DNA of 64,000 nucleotides, taken from assembly GCA_019639155.1 (NCBI GenBank), contig JAHBSJ010000007.1:173429-237428 (forward strand), in the 5' to 3' direction. Under the pieces are notes generated by a model. The model made no database searches. It was not told the origin of the DNA and worked only from the letters and a program-made list of their open reading frames with translations. How positions within the stretch are numbered: the first letter of the stretch is position 1; the number at the start of each line of letters is the position of its first letter. The translations under genes were made by a program, and so were the position numbers. Origin of the DNA: Acidobacteriota bacterium. GTDB lineage: Bacteria; Acidobacteriota; Blastocatellia; Pyrinomonadales; Pyrinomonadaceae. This document shows positions 28,501 to 37,908 of the stretch, in pieces.

Positions 28501-28899
28501 CAGGACGATCGTCGTCGTCGTGATGCCGTAGGGTGTTAGGCGGTCGATGACTTCCTGCAGGTGTTCGACCGACGCGACGGCAACCTTCATTATGAATGAA
28601 TCGCCGCCGGTGCCGCGGTGGCATTCGAGCACTTCATTCGACTCTTGCGCGACCTCGATAATGTGGCTGTAATCGACGCCCGTAATGCTCATACGGACGA
28701 ACGCCGTTATCGGCAGCCCGACCTTTGTTGTGTCGATCTGTGCGCGATAGCCCATGATGATGCCGGCGTCCTCCAGCTTGCGGACGCGTTCGATAACGGC
28801 GGGCGTCGTCAGCCCGACGCGGCGGCCGAGCTCGGCGTAGCTGATACGTGCGTCGGTTTGCAGCTCTACAAGTATCTTGCGGTCAATTTCGTCGATCAT
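28465..28899 (-). CDS. Lrp/AsnC-family transcriptional regulator
   Basis: 144 aa with the HTH_AsnC segment ILVELQTDARISYAELGRRVGLTTPAVIERVRKLE and a C-terminal RAM/ASNC domain. It is divergent from phhA. Confidence 0.9.
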   Translation of the reverse strand: MIDEIDRKILVELQTDARISYAELGRRVGLTTPAVIERVRKLEDAGIIMGYRAQIDTTKVGLPITAFVRMSITGVDYSHIIEVAQESNEVLECHRGTGGDSFIMKVAVASVEHLQEVIDRLTPYGITTTTIVLSSPVRNRIIEV

Positions 28900-29073
28900 T
28901 GCACGTCTAGTTTAGAAAATAAATCAAATATCGCAAACAAACATATATTGTTAGGCGAAATGCGTTCCTAAACTTATCAACCCCATTCAGCGGCGTTGCA
29001 AATTGCGTTAAACTAATACGTTCAAACGCAAGTAGTATCTCCCGGCATCGAATCTTTGAAACATTGAAACGCT

Positions 29074-29979
29074 ATGCTGACAGAAACCGCCGCCGCAACA
29101 TCCGATTTTGCCATCGAAAATTTTCAGGTGTCTGACGCCGATCTGCCCGAATTTCGGGATATGAAGTTCGAGAAGATCAACGAGCTTCACCTCGATCATC
29201 CCGGAGCGAACGACCCGCAATACCGCGCCCGCCGCGACGAGATCGCCGGCTATGCACGCAGTTTTCGCGAAACCGGCGAGATCACCGACGTCGATTACAC
29301 CCCGCGTGAACAGCGCGTCTGGCGATACGTCGCCGAGGAGCTGGAAGAGCTGCATGAAAAGCACGCGTCGCCGTTCTACCTGCGGGCAAAACGCGACCTC
29401 GGCATCACGACGGAGCGGATCCCGCAGCTTACCGAGATGAATCGCCGTTTGCGCGAGCTGACCGGCTTTCGCCTCGCTCCGATCGAAGGGCTCGTTGAAA
29501 CACGTGCATTTTTGTCGTGGCTGTCGTATCGAGTGATGCTCTGTACGCAGTACATCCGCCATCATTCGCAGCCCGCCTACACGCCCGAACCCGACATCGT
29601 CCACGAAGCCATCGGCCACATCCCGATGTTCACAAATCCGAATTTTGCCGATTTTTCGCAGTTCATCGGCCTCGGCGCACGCATCGCGACCGACAAACAG
29701 ATCGAGGAGCTCGGGCGGCTGTATTGGTTCACGGTCGAATTCGGCCTGGTCGAGCACGAAGGCGACATCAAGGCTTACGGCGCAGGGCTGCTCTCAAGTT
29801 TCGGCGAACTGGAACACGCGTTCTCAGACAAGGTCGAACGCCGCCCGTTCGACCTCGAACAGGTCATCAACCACGAATACACCTACAGCGACATGCAGCC
29901 GGTGCTGTACGTGATACCGAGCTATGCAGAGCTGAAAGAGGTGACGCGGAAATACATCGAATCATTTGGTCAAAAGTAG
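29074..29979 (+). CDS. phhA: Phenylalanine 4-hydroxylase (aromatic amino acid hydroxylase)
   Basis: 301 aa. The iron-binding region is [16 protein letters not shown], followed by ...YWFTVEFGL and [10 protein letters not shown]. Confidence 0.9.
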   Translation: MLTETAAATSDFAIENFQVSDADLPEFRDMKFEKINELHLDHPGANDPQYRARRDEIAGYARSFRETGEITDVDYTPREQRVWRYVAEELEELHEKHASPFYLRAKRDLGITTERIPQLTEMNRRLRELTGFRLAPIEGLVETRAFLSWLSYRVMLCTQYIRHHSQPAYTPEPDIVHEAIGHIPMFTNPNFADFSQFIGLGARIATDKQIEELGRLYWFTVEFGLVEHEGDIKAYGAGLLSSFGELEHAFSDKVERRPFDLEQVINHEYTYSDMQPVLYVIPSYAELKEVTRKYIESFGQK

Positions 29980-29991
29980 TATGTTTGGAAT

Positions 29992-30225
29992 ATGGAAGAG
30001 CTAATAGAAATTAACCCCAAGGTCATGGTTGGCAAACCCGTGATAAAGGGCACGAGGATCACAGTCGAGCTTGTAATTGGAAAGCTCGCAGCAGGCGACT
30101 CGATCGATGAGATCTTGGCATCATACCCTCATCTGAATCGTCAGCAGATACTTGCCTGCTTGGAGTATGCGCACAAGTCAATGAGCTCTGACTTCGTGTT
30201 CCCGTTAGTTAACGAAGCGGCATGA
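29992..30225 (+). CDS. DUF433-domain protein (antitoxin-like)
   Basis: 77 aa with the DUF433 hallmark GKPVIKGTRITVELVIGKLAAGDSIDEILASYPHL. Confidence 0.8.
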   Translation: MEELIEINPKVMVGKPVIKGTRITVELVIGKLAAGDSIDEILASYPHLNRQQILACLEYAHKSMSSDFVFPLVNEAA

Positions 30226-30569
30226 AGATCCTTGCGGATGAGAGCATTGAGAGCGAGATTGTTCGCGCACTGCGCGCTTTCGGACATGAAGTCGTCGACA
30301 TCAAGGAGATCAGCCCCGGCATTGAGGATATCGAAGTGCTTGCGAGAGCGGCCGTGTCTGAAGCGATATTGCTCACAAACGACAAAGATTTTGGCGAACT
30401 GATCTACCGCGACCAGCTTATCTCGAGCGGCGTAATACTGCTTCGATTTGGCAAACTTGAAATTAACGAAAGGATCGAGTTGCTGAAAACGGTATTAGAA
30501 GAACAAGAGGCAAAACTGACCAGTTCGTTCACGGTTGTTTCCGCTGTTGGCGTCAGGATCAGGAAATAG
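30222..30569 (+). CDS. DUF5615 / PIN-like (Mut7-C-like) protein (toxin-like partner of DUF433)
   Basis: 115 aa with MKILADESI...LLTNDKDFGEL. Its start forms an ATGA overlap with the preceding DUF433 gene. Confidence 0.75.
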   Translation: MKILADESIESEIVRALRAFGHEVVDIKEISPGIEDIEVLARAAVSEAILLTNDKDFGELIYRDQLISSGVILLRFGKLEINERIELLKTVLEEQEAKLTSSFTVVSAVGVRIRK

Positions 30570-30624
30570 GTGGTAATCGCCTCGGCGGTGAGTGGGAATC
30601 GGCGATCAAGCCTTAGATTCGAAT

Positions 30625-30707
30625 TGCAGCCGGTGCTGTACGTGATACCGAGCTATGCAGAACTGAAAGAGGTGACGAGGAAGTATATCGAAGGCTTCGG
30701 AAAATAG
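30625..30707 (+). pseudogene. Detached second copy of the phhA 3' end (last 26 codons plus stop)
   Basis: 30625-30661 is identical (37/37) to 29894-29930. The rest differs mostly at synonymous positions and encodes [26 protein letters not shown], compared with ...IESFGQK* in the intact gene. Confidence 0.85.
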
Positions 30708-30739
30708 TTGTCTTATCGGACAACCTTGTATAGAATAGT

Positions 30740-31084
30740 ATGGGCGAGGAAGTAAGAACAGTCATTCTGTTCAAACGGTATTTTGACGAGTTCTTTGACG
30801 AGCAACCGCCTAAGGTGCAGGAGAAATTATACTGGTCGATCAAGATCTTACGAACAGTCGAAGATATACCACGAAATCATTTGAAATCGCTGGCCGGTAC
30901 TAATGGGCTGATGGAAATGCGAACCCAGTTTGGCGGCAACATCTATCGCGTATTCTGCTTTTTCGACGAGGGGAAGATCGTTGTTCTAATGAATGGCTTT
31001 CAAAAGAAAACCGAAAAGACGCCGCAAAATGAGATCGATCGTGCATTGAGGATCAGAGAGGAATATTATGCTGAAAAAGGGTGA
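30740..31084 (+). CDS. RelE/HigB-like toxin (Gp49/DUF891-like)
   Basis: 114 aa, encoded upstream of and overlapping an XRE-HTH gene. The segment ...YRVFCFFDEGKIVVLMNGFQKKTEKTPQNEI is typical of Gp49-like toxins. Confidence 0.75.
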   Translation: MGEEVRTVILFKRYFDEFFDEQPPKVQEKLYWSIKILRTVEDIPRNHLKSLAGTNGLMEMRTQFGGNIYRVFCFFDEGKIVVLMNGFQKKTEKTPQNEIDRALRIREEYYAEKG

Positions 31085-31370
31085 CATTAGAACGCTAGAT
31101 GAGTTTGCCGATGAAAAATTCGGAAAGGTCGGAACGCCTAGGCGAGACAACGTCGAACAAGGATTTGAGGAATTCAAACTGGGCTATCTGATCCAAGAAG
31201 CTCGTAAGAAGAAAGGCATGACGCAGCAGGAACTTGCAGATAAGGCAGGAACGAATAAGGCATACATCTCGCGGGTCGAGAACGATATTAAAGACGTGCG
31301 GCTTTCAACTCTTCGCAAGATCGTCGAAACAGGCCTCGGCGGTGAGTTAGAGTTGGCGATAAAGCTCTGA
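31068..31370 (+). CDS. XRE-family HTH antitoxin (HigA-like)
   Basis: 100 aa with the HTH MTQQELADKAGTNKAYISRVENDIKDVRLSTLRKIV. Confidence 0.85.
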   Translation: MLKKGDIRTLDEFADEKFGKVGTPRRDNVEQGFEEFKLGYLIQEARKKKGMTQQELADKAGTNKAYISRVENDIKDVRLSTLRKIVETGLGGELELAIKL

Positions 31371-31393
31371 TTGCGGACGCGAATCTTGGATCT

Positions 31394-32551
31394 ATGGAAT
31401 ATAGAAGAAATGCGATTTTATTCATGGCCTGCCTTTTCATATTGTCCGGGGCAAGGTTCATTTCGGCGCAAGAATTCAAGTCGGATAACTGGTTCCCAGT
31501 TTATGTAGATGGCAAGGCTGGATTTATTGACCGCGAGGGAAGAATCGTATTAGAGCCAAAGTATGATGGGGCGTCTTATTTTTATGAAGGCATGGCAAGG
31601 GTGTCTTTTGGACGAGACACAATAATCACTGAGGGCTTTAGCCAAGGCTTTATCGATGAATCGGGTGCCGTTGTGATCCGTGGTAATTGGGATGCTACCT
31701 CCCATTTTTCGGAAGGGCTTGCGGCCGTTGGTTATGACCAAACAAAGCAGGAATTCAAAATTGGCAACCGAACATATTACAGTTCGGCATCGCATCCGTG
31801 GTACCGGTGGGGTTTCATTGATAAAAGCGGAGCGATTGTAATTGACACTAAATTTACCAGTGTTTCCGAATTTCGCGACGGAATTGCTGTAGCGGCGGTT
31901 CCGGTGATGTCCGAATGGAAGTATGGGTATATTGATAAGTCAGGAAATTGGATTATCCAGCCCAAGTTTGAGCATGCAAGTCAGTTTTCCGAAGGACTTG
32001 CCAGAGTCTTTAGTGGCGGAAAATACGGTTTCATCGATAGAAACGGAACTTTTGTAGTCAACCCGCAATTATCTTCCGCGTTTGATTTCTCTGAAGGTCT
32101 GTCATGCGTCCAGATCGGCGGGGACGTGACGAAACCAGTTGGGATGTCCCTTTTAAACAAGCGTGGAAGGCATGCGTTCATTGATAAGACCGGTCGGGAA
32201 GTTATCAAGATGAAAAGGTCCAATTGCCAGTCGTTCTCTGAGGGCCTAGCCAGATTCGAGAACTATGGGGATTACGGAGAAGGATTTATTGACCGGACTG
32301 GAAAAGTAATAATTCCGCCAAACGGGATGGGCGGGCAATCGGACTTTTCCGAGGGTCTTAAGTTCGTGATTAGAGCCGAGGGAAAATTGGGCTTCATCGA
32401 TCGAACCGGGACGCTTGTCATAGATTCTCCATTCGGCAAAATGAATGATTTCTATCGGGGTCTTGCAGAGGTTTGCGAAAGCTACGATTTCGGAGCGAAA
32501 TGCGGATATATAGATAAAACAGGCAAGGTCATTTGGCCTCCTAGTCGTTGA
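31394..32551 (+). CDS. Secreted WG-repeat (KWG-type) protein
   Basis: 385 aa with a signal peptide and about ten repeats of the form ..GL..V...GK(Y/W)GFID..G..VI.P.(F/Y). The gene is of lower GC. Confidence 0.8.
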   Translation: MEYRRNAILFMACLFILSGARFISAQEFKSDNWFPVYVDGKAGFIDREGRIVLEPKYDGASYFYEGMARVSFGRDTIITEGFSQGFIDESGAVVIRGNWDATSHFSEGLAAVGYDQTKQEFKIGNRTYYSSASHPWYRWGFIDKSGAIVIDTKFTSVSEFRDGIAVAAVPVMSEWKYGYIDKSGNWIIQPKFEHASQFSEGLARVFSGGKYGFIDRNGTFVVNPQLSSAFDFSEGLSCVQIGGDVTKPVGMSLLNKRGRHAFIDKTGREVIKMKRSNCQSFSEGLARFENYGDYGEGFIDRTGKVIIPPNGMGGQSDFSEGLKFVIRAEGKLGFIDRTGTLVIDSPFGKMNDFYRGLAEVCESYDFGAKCGYIDKTGKVIWPPSR

Positions 32552-32566
32552 ATTGGATTAAATGTC

Positions 32567-32640
32567 ATGGTCACAGAATCAAATACAGCAGTTCAAACAA
32601 ATACGGCGGTGGCGACTTCGTTAATTGAAACACTTAAGTC
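32567..32640 (+). pseudogene. Detached diverged copy of the hppD 5' end
   Basis: atggtcacagaatcaaatacagcagttcaaacaaatacggcggtggcgacttcg aligns with the true hppD start at 33215 (atgatcacagaaacaagcgtaacagttgaaacaaatacagcggtggcgaatccg). It encodes MVTESNTAVQTNTAVATS, compared with [18 protein letters not shown]. Confidence 0.65.
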
Positions 32641-32753
32641 CGATTCACGAACGACCGAACATGGCGATTAGCAATAGAAAGAAAATTGAAACTGCGATCA
32701 TCACGCTGGATCAGGTCGAGAGGCGGATATATTTGTAGCGTGGTGAAAAGGTC

Positions 32754-33218
32754 ATGCTCGACAGCGAGCTGGCGGCGATGTACGGCGTGACAACCAAACG
32801 TCTAAATGAGCAGGTGAAACGGAATCTTGATCGCTTTCCGGATGACTTTTGCTTCCAGCTGACCGAAGACGAGTACGTGTCTTTGAGGTCGCAGAATGCG
32901 ACCTCAAAGCCGGGACGCGGGGGACGGCGATATATGCCCTATGTTTTCACCGAACAAGGTGTTGCCATGTTGTCCAGTGTGTTGAACAGCGAGCGGGCAG
33001 TTCAGGTGAACATCGCGATAATGCGGGCTTTCGTAAATATGCGGAGGCTGGCGGCGACGAATGACGAGATCAATAAGAAACTCACGCAGATCGAGAAAGA
33101 GCTCGGCGAGCACGATGGACATTTCAAACAGGTATTTGCAGCGATCCGAGCGATGATGGCTCCCGCAAAACAACCGAAACAGATCGGGTATATTCAAAAT
33201 AAGAAAGCAAAGCAATGA
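32754..33218 (+). CDS. ORF6N / KilA-N-like DNA-binding domain protein, possibly 5'-disrupted
   Basis: 154 aa with [38 protein letters not shown]. The same frame extends upstream to ATG 32661 but is interrupted by TAG at 32736-32738 (..[13 protein letters not shown]). Its stop overlaps the hppD ATG (ATGA at 33215-33218). Confidence 0.7.
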   Translation: MLDSELAAMYGVTTKRLNEQVKRNLDRFPDDFCFQLTEDEYVSLRSQNATSKPGRGGRRYMPYVFTEQGVAMLSSVLNSERAVQVNIAIMRAFVNMRRLAATNDEINKKLTQIEKELGEHDGHFKQVFAAIRAMMAPAKQPKQIGYIQNKKAKQ

Positions 33219-34360
33219 TCACAGAAACAAGCGTAACAGTTGAAACAAATACAGCGGTGGCGAATCCGCTTGGGCTTAAGAAGATACACCACGTCGAGTT
33301 TTACGTTGGGAATGCTAAGCAGGCGGAGTTCTATTACCGCAAAGCGTTCGGGTTTTCGCGGCATGCTTACTCGGGGCTTGAGACGGGCAATCGCGAATCG
33401 ACGAGCTATGTGATGCGGCAGGGCAATATCAATTTTGTCCTGACGGCAGCGATGGGGCCGGAGCATCCGGCGGCGGAGCACGTCAAGCTGCACGGCGACG
33501 GCGTAAAGGACATTGCGTTCTACGTCGAGGATGCCGATCACGCGTTCAACGAAGCCGTCCGCCGCGGTGCGACGCCGGTCGTCGAACCGCACGACTGGCA
33601 GGACGAGAACGGCAGCATCCGCCACGCCGCCATCGCGACCTACGGCGACACGATCCATTCGTTCATCTCGTACAACACGAATAACGGACACAATTATTCA
33701 GGGCCTTTCCTGCCGGGATTTGTTGAGCAGAAGGTCGAGGGCGACGGCGTCGGGCTGATGTTGGTCGATCACATCGTAGGTAACGTCGAACTCGGCAAAA
33801 TGAACTATTGGTGTGATTTTTATCGCGACGTGCTTGGATTTTTCCGATACATTACGTTTGACGACAAGGACATCTCGACCGAATATTCGGCGCTGATGTC
33901 GATCGTGATGTCGGACGGCCAGCACAATATAAAATTCCCGATAAACGAGCCCGCCGAGGGCAAAGGCGGCAAATCGCAGATCCAGGAATATATCGATTTT
34001 TACCGTTCGGCCGGTGCTCAGCACGTGGCTTTGCTATGCCGAGACGTGATGCACACGGTCGAAAAGCTGCAGCAGAACGGCGTCGAATTCCTCCGCGTGC
34101 CTGACACTTATTACGAAGAGCTGCCTGACCGCGTCGGCCCGATCGATGAAGACATCGACGAACTCAAACGCCTCGGCATCTTGGTCGATCGCGACGACGA
34201 AGGCTACCTATTGCAGATATTCACCAAGCCGGTCGAAGACCGCCCGACGGTGTTCTACGAAATTCTGCAACGCAAAGGCTGCAAGGGCTTTGGCAAAGGC
34301 AATTTCAAGGCGCTGTTCGTATCGATCGAAGAAGAGCAGCGGCGGCGTGGAAATCTTTAG
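33215..34360 (+). CDS. hppD: 4-hydroxyphenylpyruvate dioxygenase
   Basis: 381 aa with two VOC modules. The C-terminal signature is [33 protein letters not shown]. Confidence 0.95.
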   Translation: MITETSVTVETNTAVANPLGLKKIHHVEFYVGNAKQAEFYYRKAFGFSRHAYSGLETGNRESTSYVMRQGNINFVLTAAMGPEHPAAEHVKLHGDGVKDIAFYVEDADHAFNEAVRRGATPVVEPHDWQDENGSIRHAAIATYGDTIHSFISYNTNNGHNYSGPFLPGFVEQKVEGDGVGLMLVDHIVGNVELGKMNYWCDFYRDVLGFFRYITFDDKDISTEYSALMSIVMSDGQHNIKFPINEPAEGKGGKSQIQEYIDFYRSAGAQHVALLCRDVMHTVEKLQQNGVEFLRVPDTYYEELPDRVGPIDEDIDELKRLGILVDRDDEGYLLQIFTKPVEDRPTVFYEILQRKGCKGFGKGNFKALFVSIEEEQRRRGNL

Positions 34361-34416
34361 GGGCCATTGCCCGCGAAAAACGCGAAAGGACACGGATCGT
34401 TTCACATGGTGTCAAA

Positions 34417-34761
34417 ATGATGAACTTCCGGCGGTTCAAAGCGTCAGACACTGACGCGGTCGTTGCGATCTTTCGGTCAAACATTCCGAAGTATTTTGTC
34501 GAATCGGAAGAATCCGAACTGCGGGAATTTTTGGCGGTCGGCGTTGAGAATTATTAAGTTCTTGAGCTCGATGGCGAGGTAGCCGGTGCAGGCGGCATCG
34601 CGACCGGGTTGATAAACAAGCTCCGTGAGATAGCCCGCGAGCGAGGTGCGTGGGTGATCTATGTTCAGGCCGACGACGGCGATGACCCGGCGGTCAAGCT
34701 TTACGAATCGCTTGGCACGGGCGAAACATTCACGGCGCAAAGTACTCAGCCACGCGGCTGA
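34417..34761 (+). pseudogene. Chimeric GNAT acetyltransferase pseudogene (5' half paralogous to 35140-35580, in-frame TAA, 3' half AAC(3)-I-like)
   Basis: The frame reads [61 protein letters not shown], with the TAA at 34555-34557. It continues [37 protein letters not shown], which from memory resembles the AAC(3)-I C-terminal region. Confidence 0.7.
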
Positions 34762-35017
34762 GAATGCTGAAAACACCTAGCGCATATGAGATCAACATTA
34801 GGACCAAGGCAGTGTTTATCTGGCTTTCGGCACTGTCGACGTTGCCGATCGCGGCGTCATTCCGAGCTCGGTTTGCGACGATCGATGCTGCGATGCCGCC
34901 GGCACAGCAGAATATAATGCTGAACAAGCTCAGGATGAAGATGGTGTTAGCCTTTTTTGTTATTGCCGCCTGTCGTTCGATATCGGCAGGAGTTTGATCA
35001 ATACCCAGAATTGACAT
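34730..35017 (-). CDS. CD225/dispanin-family small membrane protein
   Basis: 95 aa with two TM segments and the motif [28 protein letters not shown]. The gene is of lower GC. Confidence 0.55.
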   Translation of the reverse strand: MSILGIDQTPADIERQAAITKKANTIFILSLFSIIFCCAGGIAASIVANRARNDAAIGNVDSAESQINTALVLMLISYALGVFSILSRVAEYFAP

Positions 35018-35139
35018 AGGAATTTGCAGCCCTCAGGCTGACGTTCACAAAATTGAGTTTTCGAGAATAATGCTGACATTATACTTATCGGAGGGAGATT
35101 GTAAAACGCCGATGCGGATCGCAGTGTTATCAGAACCAT

Positions 35140-35580
35140 ATGTTCCGCCAATTTCATATTGAAGACACTGAGGCGGTCGTTGCGATCTTTCGGTCGAACA
35201 TACCGAAGTATTTCCTGGAAACGGAAGAAACGGAACTGCGGGAATTTTTGGCGGGCGGCGTTGAAAATTATTACGTTCTTGAGCTCGATGGCGAGGTGGT
35301 CGGTGCAGGCGGTATTGCGTTGAACGCAGATGATACCGTATCGCTCTGTTGGGGAATGGTTCATAACGATCATCTCGGAACAGGTTTGGGCAAGCTGCTG
35401 ACGGAGCATCGTTTGGATCGATCGCAAGAGCTGTTTGCCGGCAAACCGATAGTTACGAGCACGTCCCAGCATACCGAAGGGTTTTACAAAAAGTTCGGTT
35501 TTGTGACGCTCGAACGCACGCCCGACGGCTTTGGGCCGGGGATCGATATTTGCAGGATGCGAAAGGAGATCGGTGGATAG
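35140..35580 (+). CDS. GNAT-family N-acetyltransferase
   Basis: 146 aa. The acetyl-CoA binding region is HLGTGLGKLLTEH, followed by ...GFYKKFGF. Confidence 0.85.
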   Translation: MFRQFHIEDTEAVVAIFRSNIPKYFLETEETELREFLAGGVENYYVLELDGEVVGAGGIALNADDTVSLCWGMVHNDHLGTGLGKLLTEHRLDRSQELFAGKPIVTSTSQHTEGFYKKFGFVTLERTPDGFGPGIDICRMRKEIGG

Positions 35581-35589
35581 AATATCTAT

Positions 35590-36033
35590 ATGAAGTTCAT
35601 TTCTGACAAGCTGTCGAAAATGCACCCATTGGATATATTATTCCGCGCGATGATACTCAGCATTGGCTTGTTGTTCTTTGGTTTTGCGGCTTGGCAGGCT
35701 GTCGGATCGATCCGGACGATAATGACCTACGACAGATATTCGGCCGAGGTCAAAAGCTGCCGTTCGGACAGTTCGCCCAATGCGCGTTTTAGTTTCTATT
35801 CCTGCGATGTCAGATATCAGGTCGATTCAGGCAGGCGTTCGGCCTCTGTCGATAAACTGCTGTTCAGTTATGACGAGGGCGATCAGCTGGACATTTACAT
35901 CGGCAGAGGCGAGCAGTACAGCGTGCGGGCCGGCGGATTTGTGGGCCTTTGGGGTATACCGACATTGCTTAGCGTGATCGGCACGGCATTTTTTGCCTTC
36001 GCGGTATGGCCGAGCAAAGAAAAGAGAACTTAG
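35590..36033 (+). CDS. DUF3592-like membrane protein (TM, beta domain, TM)
   Basis: 147 aa with hydrophobic helices at both ends flanking a soluble core. This architecture is typical of DUF3592. Confidence 0.55.
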   Translation: MKFISDKLSKMHPLDILFRAMILSIGLLFFGFAAWQAVGSIRTIMTYDRYSAEVKSCRSDSSPNARFSFYSCDVRYQVDSGRRSASVDKLLFSYDEGDQLDIYIGRGEQYSVRAGGFVGLWGIPTLLSVIGTAFFAFAVWPSKEKRT

Positions 36034-36054
36034 GATTAAGACGTTTGGTGGAAC

Positions 36055-37335
36055 ATGGAAACAAAATATCAAACAGGTTTTGGAAATGAGTTTGCTACAG
36101 AGGCCGTCGCCGGGGCTTTGCCGATCGGGCGAAATTCGCCGCAAAAAGCGCCGTTAGGGCTTTACGCCGAGCAGCTTTCAGGCACGGCGTTCACTGTGCC
36201 GCGGTCGGGGAACAAGCGGACGTGGACGTACCGCATACGGCCGAGCGTGATGCACAAGCCATTCGAGCGGCTCGAAAACCGCCGATGGCTGAGCAAACCT
36301 GACTTGGACGACGTCACGCCGAATCAGCTTCGTTGGGATCCGCTGCCGCTGCCGACGGAACCGACAGACTTTGTTGACGGCATCACGACGATCGCTCTCA
36401 ACGGCGACCTGTTCTCGCAGGCCGGCATCGGCATACATATCTACGCCTGCAACAAAGGCATGGACGGCCGCTATTTCTACAACGCCGACGGCGAGATGCT
36501 TATCGTGCCTGAAATGGGCTCGCTTACGATATACACCGAACTCGGCGTGATCGAAGTGTCGCCCGGCGAGGTGTGCTGCATACCGCGGGGCGTGCGGTTT
36601 CGCGTTGAGATCGACGGCATTGCACGCGGTTACATTTGCGAGAACTACGGTGCGCATTTCAAGCTGCCCGACCTCGGCCCGATCGGTGCGAACGGCCTCG
36701 CGAACCCGCGTGATTTCGAAACGTCGGTCGCGTGGTATGAGGACGTTGACGGCGATTTCGAACAGGTCGCGAAGTTCGGCGGCAATCTGTGGCGTTGCGA
36801 GATAGATCATTCGCCGCTCGACGTCGTCGCGTGGCACGGCAACTACGCGCCGTATAAATACGACCTCCGCCGTTTCAACACCATCGGATCGATATCGTTC
36901 GATCATCCCGATCCATCGATCTTCACTGTTTTAACGTCGCCGTCCGGCGAGCCCGGCGTGGCGAATTGCGATTTCGTGATCTTCCCGGATCGCTGGCTGG
37001 TCGGCGAGGATACGTTCCGCCCGCCGTGGTACCACCGCAACTACATGTCCGAATACATGGGGCTGATCTACGGTGCCTACGACGCCAAAGAGGAAGGCTT
37101 CGTCCCCGGCGGCGGCTCGCTCCACAACCAGATGTCGGCACACGGCCCGGACCTCGACGCGTTTGAAAAAGCGACGAACATGGACCTCGTCCCGCAAAAA
37201 CTCTCGGGCACGATGGCGTTTATGTTTGAATCACGCTACATTATCCGCCCGACAAAATTCGCCATGGAAACCGCGAGTTTGCAGCATAACTACAGCGACG
37301 TGTGGCAGGGGTTGAGGAAGAATTATGAGGCTTGA
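36055..37335 (+). CDS. hmgA: Homogentisate 1,2-dioxygenase
   Basis: 426 aa with the N-terminus [19 protein letters not shown]. Other typical segments are [12 protein letters not shown] and [25 protein letters not shown]. Confidence 0.95.
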   Translation: METKYQTGFGNEFATEAVAGALPIGRNSPQKAPLGLYAEQLSGTAFTVPRSGNKRTWTYRIRPSVMHKPFERLENRRWLSKPDLDDVTPNQLRWDPLPLPTEPTDFVDGITTIALNGDLFSQAGIGIHIYACNKGMDGRYFYNADGEMLIVPEMGSLTIYTELGVIEVSPGEVCCIPRGVRFRVEIDGIARGYICENYGAHFKLPDLGPIGANGLANPRDFETSVAWYEDVDGDFEQVAKFGGNLWRCEIDHSPLDVVAWHGNYAPYKYDLRRFNTIGSISFDHPDPSIFTVLTSPSGEPGVANCDFVIFPDRWLVGEDTFRPPWYHRNYMSEYMGLIYGAYDAKEEGFVPGGGSLHNQMSAHGPDLDAFEKATNMDLVPQKLSGTMAFMFESRYIIRPTKFAMETASLQHNYSDVWQGLRKNYEA

Positions 37336-37363
37336 TAGCGGCATTGCTGTATAATGTTGACCG

Positions 37364-37609
37364 ATGCCGACGATCCTACGCTTTCAGGGCTATCGATTCT
37401 ATTTCTATAGCCATGAGCCGAACGAACCGCCGCATGTGCATGTAGATAGATCTGGGATGTCGGCAAAATTTTGGCTCGAGCCCGTTGCATTCGCGAGAAA
37501 TCGGGGATTCTCACCTCGGGAGCTACGGGAAATCGAACGCTTGGTCACTGAGCATCAAGAACATTTTTGGGAGGCGTGGTATGAATTCTTTGGCGATAGC
37601 GGCAGATGA
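37364..37609 (+). CDS. DUF4160-domain protein
   Basis: 81 aa with the hallmark MPTILRFQGYRFYFYSHEPNEPPHVHV. Confidence 0.8.
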   Translation: MPTILRFQGYRFYFYSHEPNEPPHVHVDRSGMSAKFWLEPVAFARNRGFSPRELREIERLVTEHQEHFWEAWYEFFGDSGR

Positions 37610-37856
37610 ACGCGTAGCCTCGGTCGAGGTAAATGAGGATGAGATCGCCGTCCGCCTGATGGACGGCCGCAGAATTTCTGCACCGCTTGCGTGGTATCCG
37701 CGACTGCTTCATGCGACCGACGAGCAGCGGCAAAACTGGGAGATCGCGGGCGGCGGCTACGGGATCCATTGGCCCGACATTGACGAGGACCTCAGCACCG
37801 AAGGCCTTCTCCGCGGTGCTCCCGCTCCCGAACCGTCACTGGCAGTTAGGCCTTAG
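37581..37856 (+). CDS. DUF2442-domain protein
   Basis: I chose the start at ATG 37581 (MNSLAIAADERVASVEVNEDEIAVRLMDGRRISAPLAWYPRL..ATDEQRQNWEI.GGGYGIHWPDIDEDLS). It is paired with DUF4160, as is common. Confidence 0.75.
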   Translation: MNSLAIAADERVASVEVNEDEIAVRLMDGRRISAPLAWYPRLLHATDEQRQNWEIAGGGYGIHWPDIDEDLSTEGLLRGAPAPEPSLAVRP

Positions 37857-37908
37857 CTTTCCTAAGCGACGTCCGGCAGGGGCTGAAGAAGAATTTTAAG
37901 GGAGACTG

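Noticed and set aside
29008-29757. 249-aa minus-strand ORF opposite phhA, and 36178-36906 opposite hmgA
   Set aside because: Both are antisense to enzymes with clear family signatures.
34960-35625. 221-aa minus-strand ORF covering the GNAT gene at 35140-35580
   Set aside because: The plus-strand GNAT has the acetyl-CoA motif and a paralogous copy upstream. The minus-strand ORF would also overlap the CD225 gene start.
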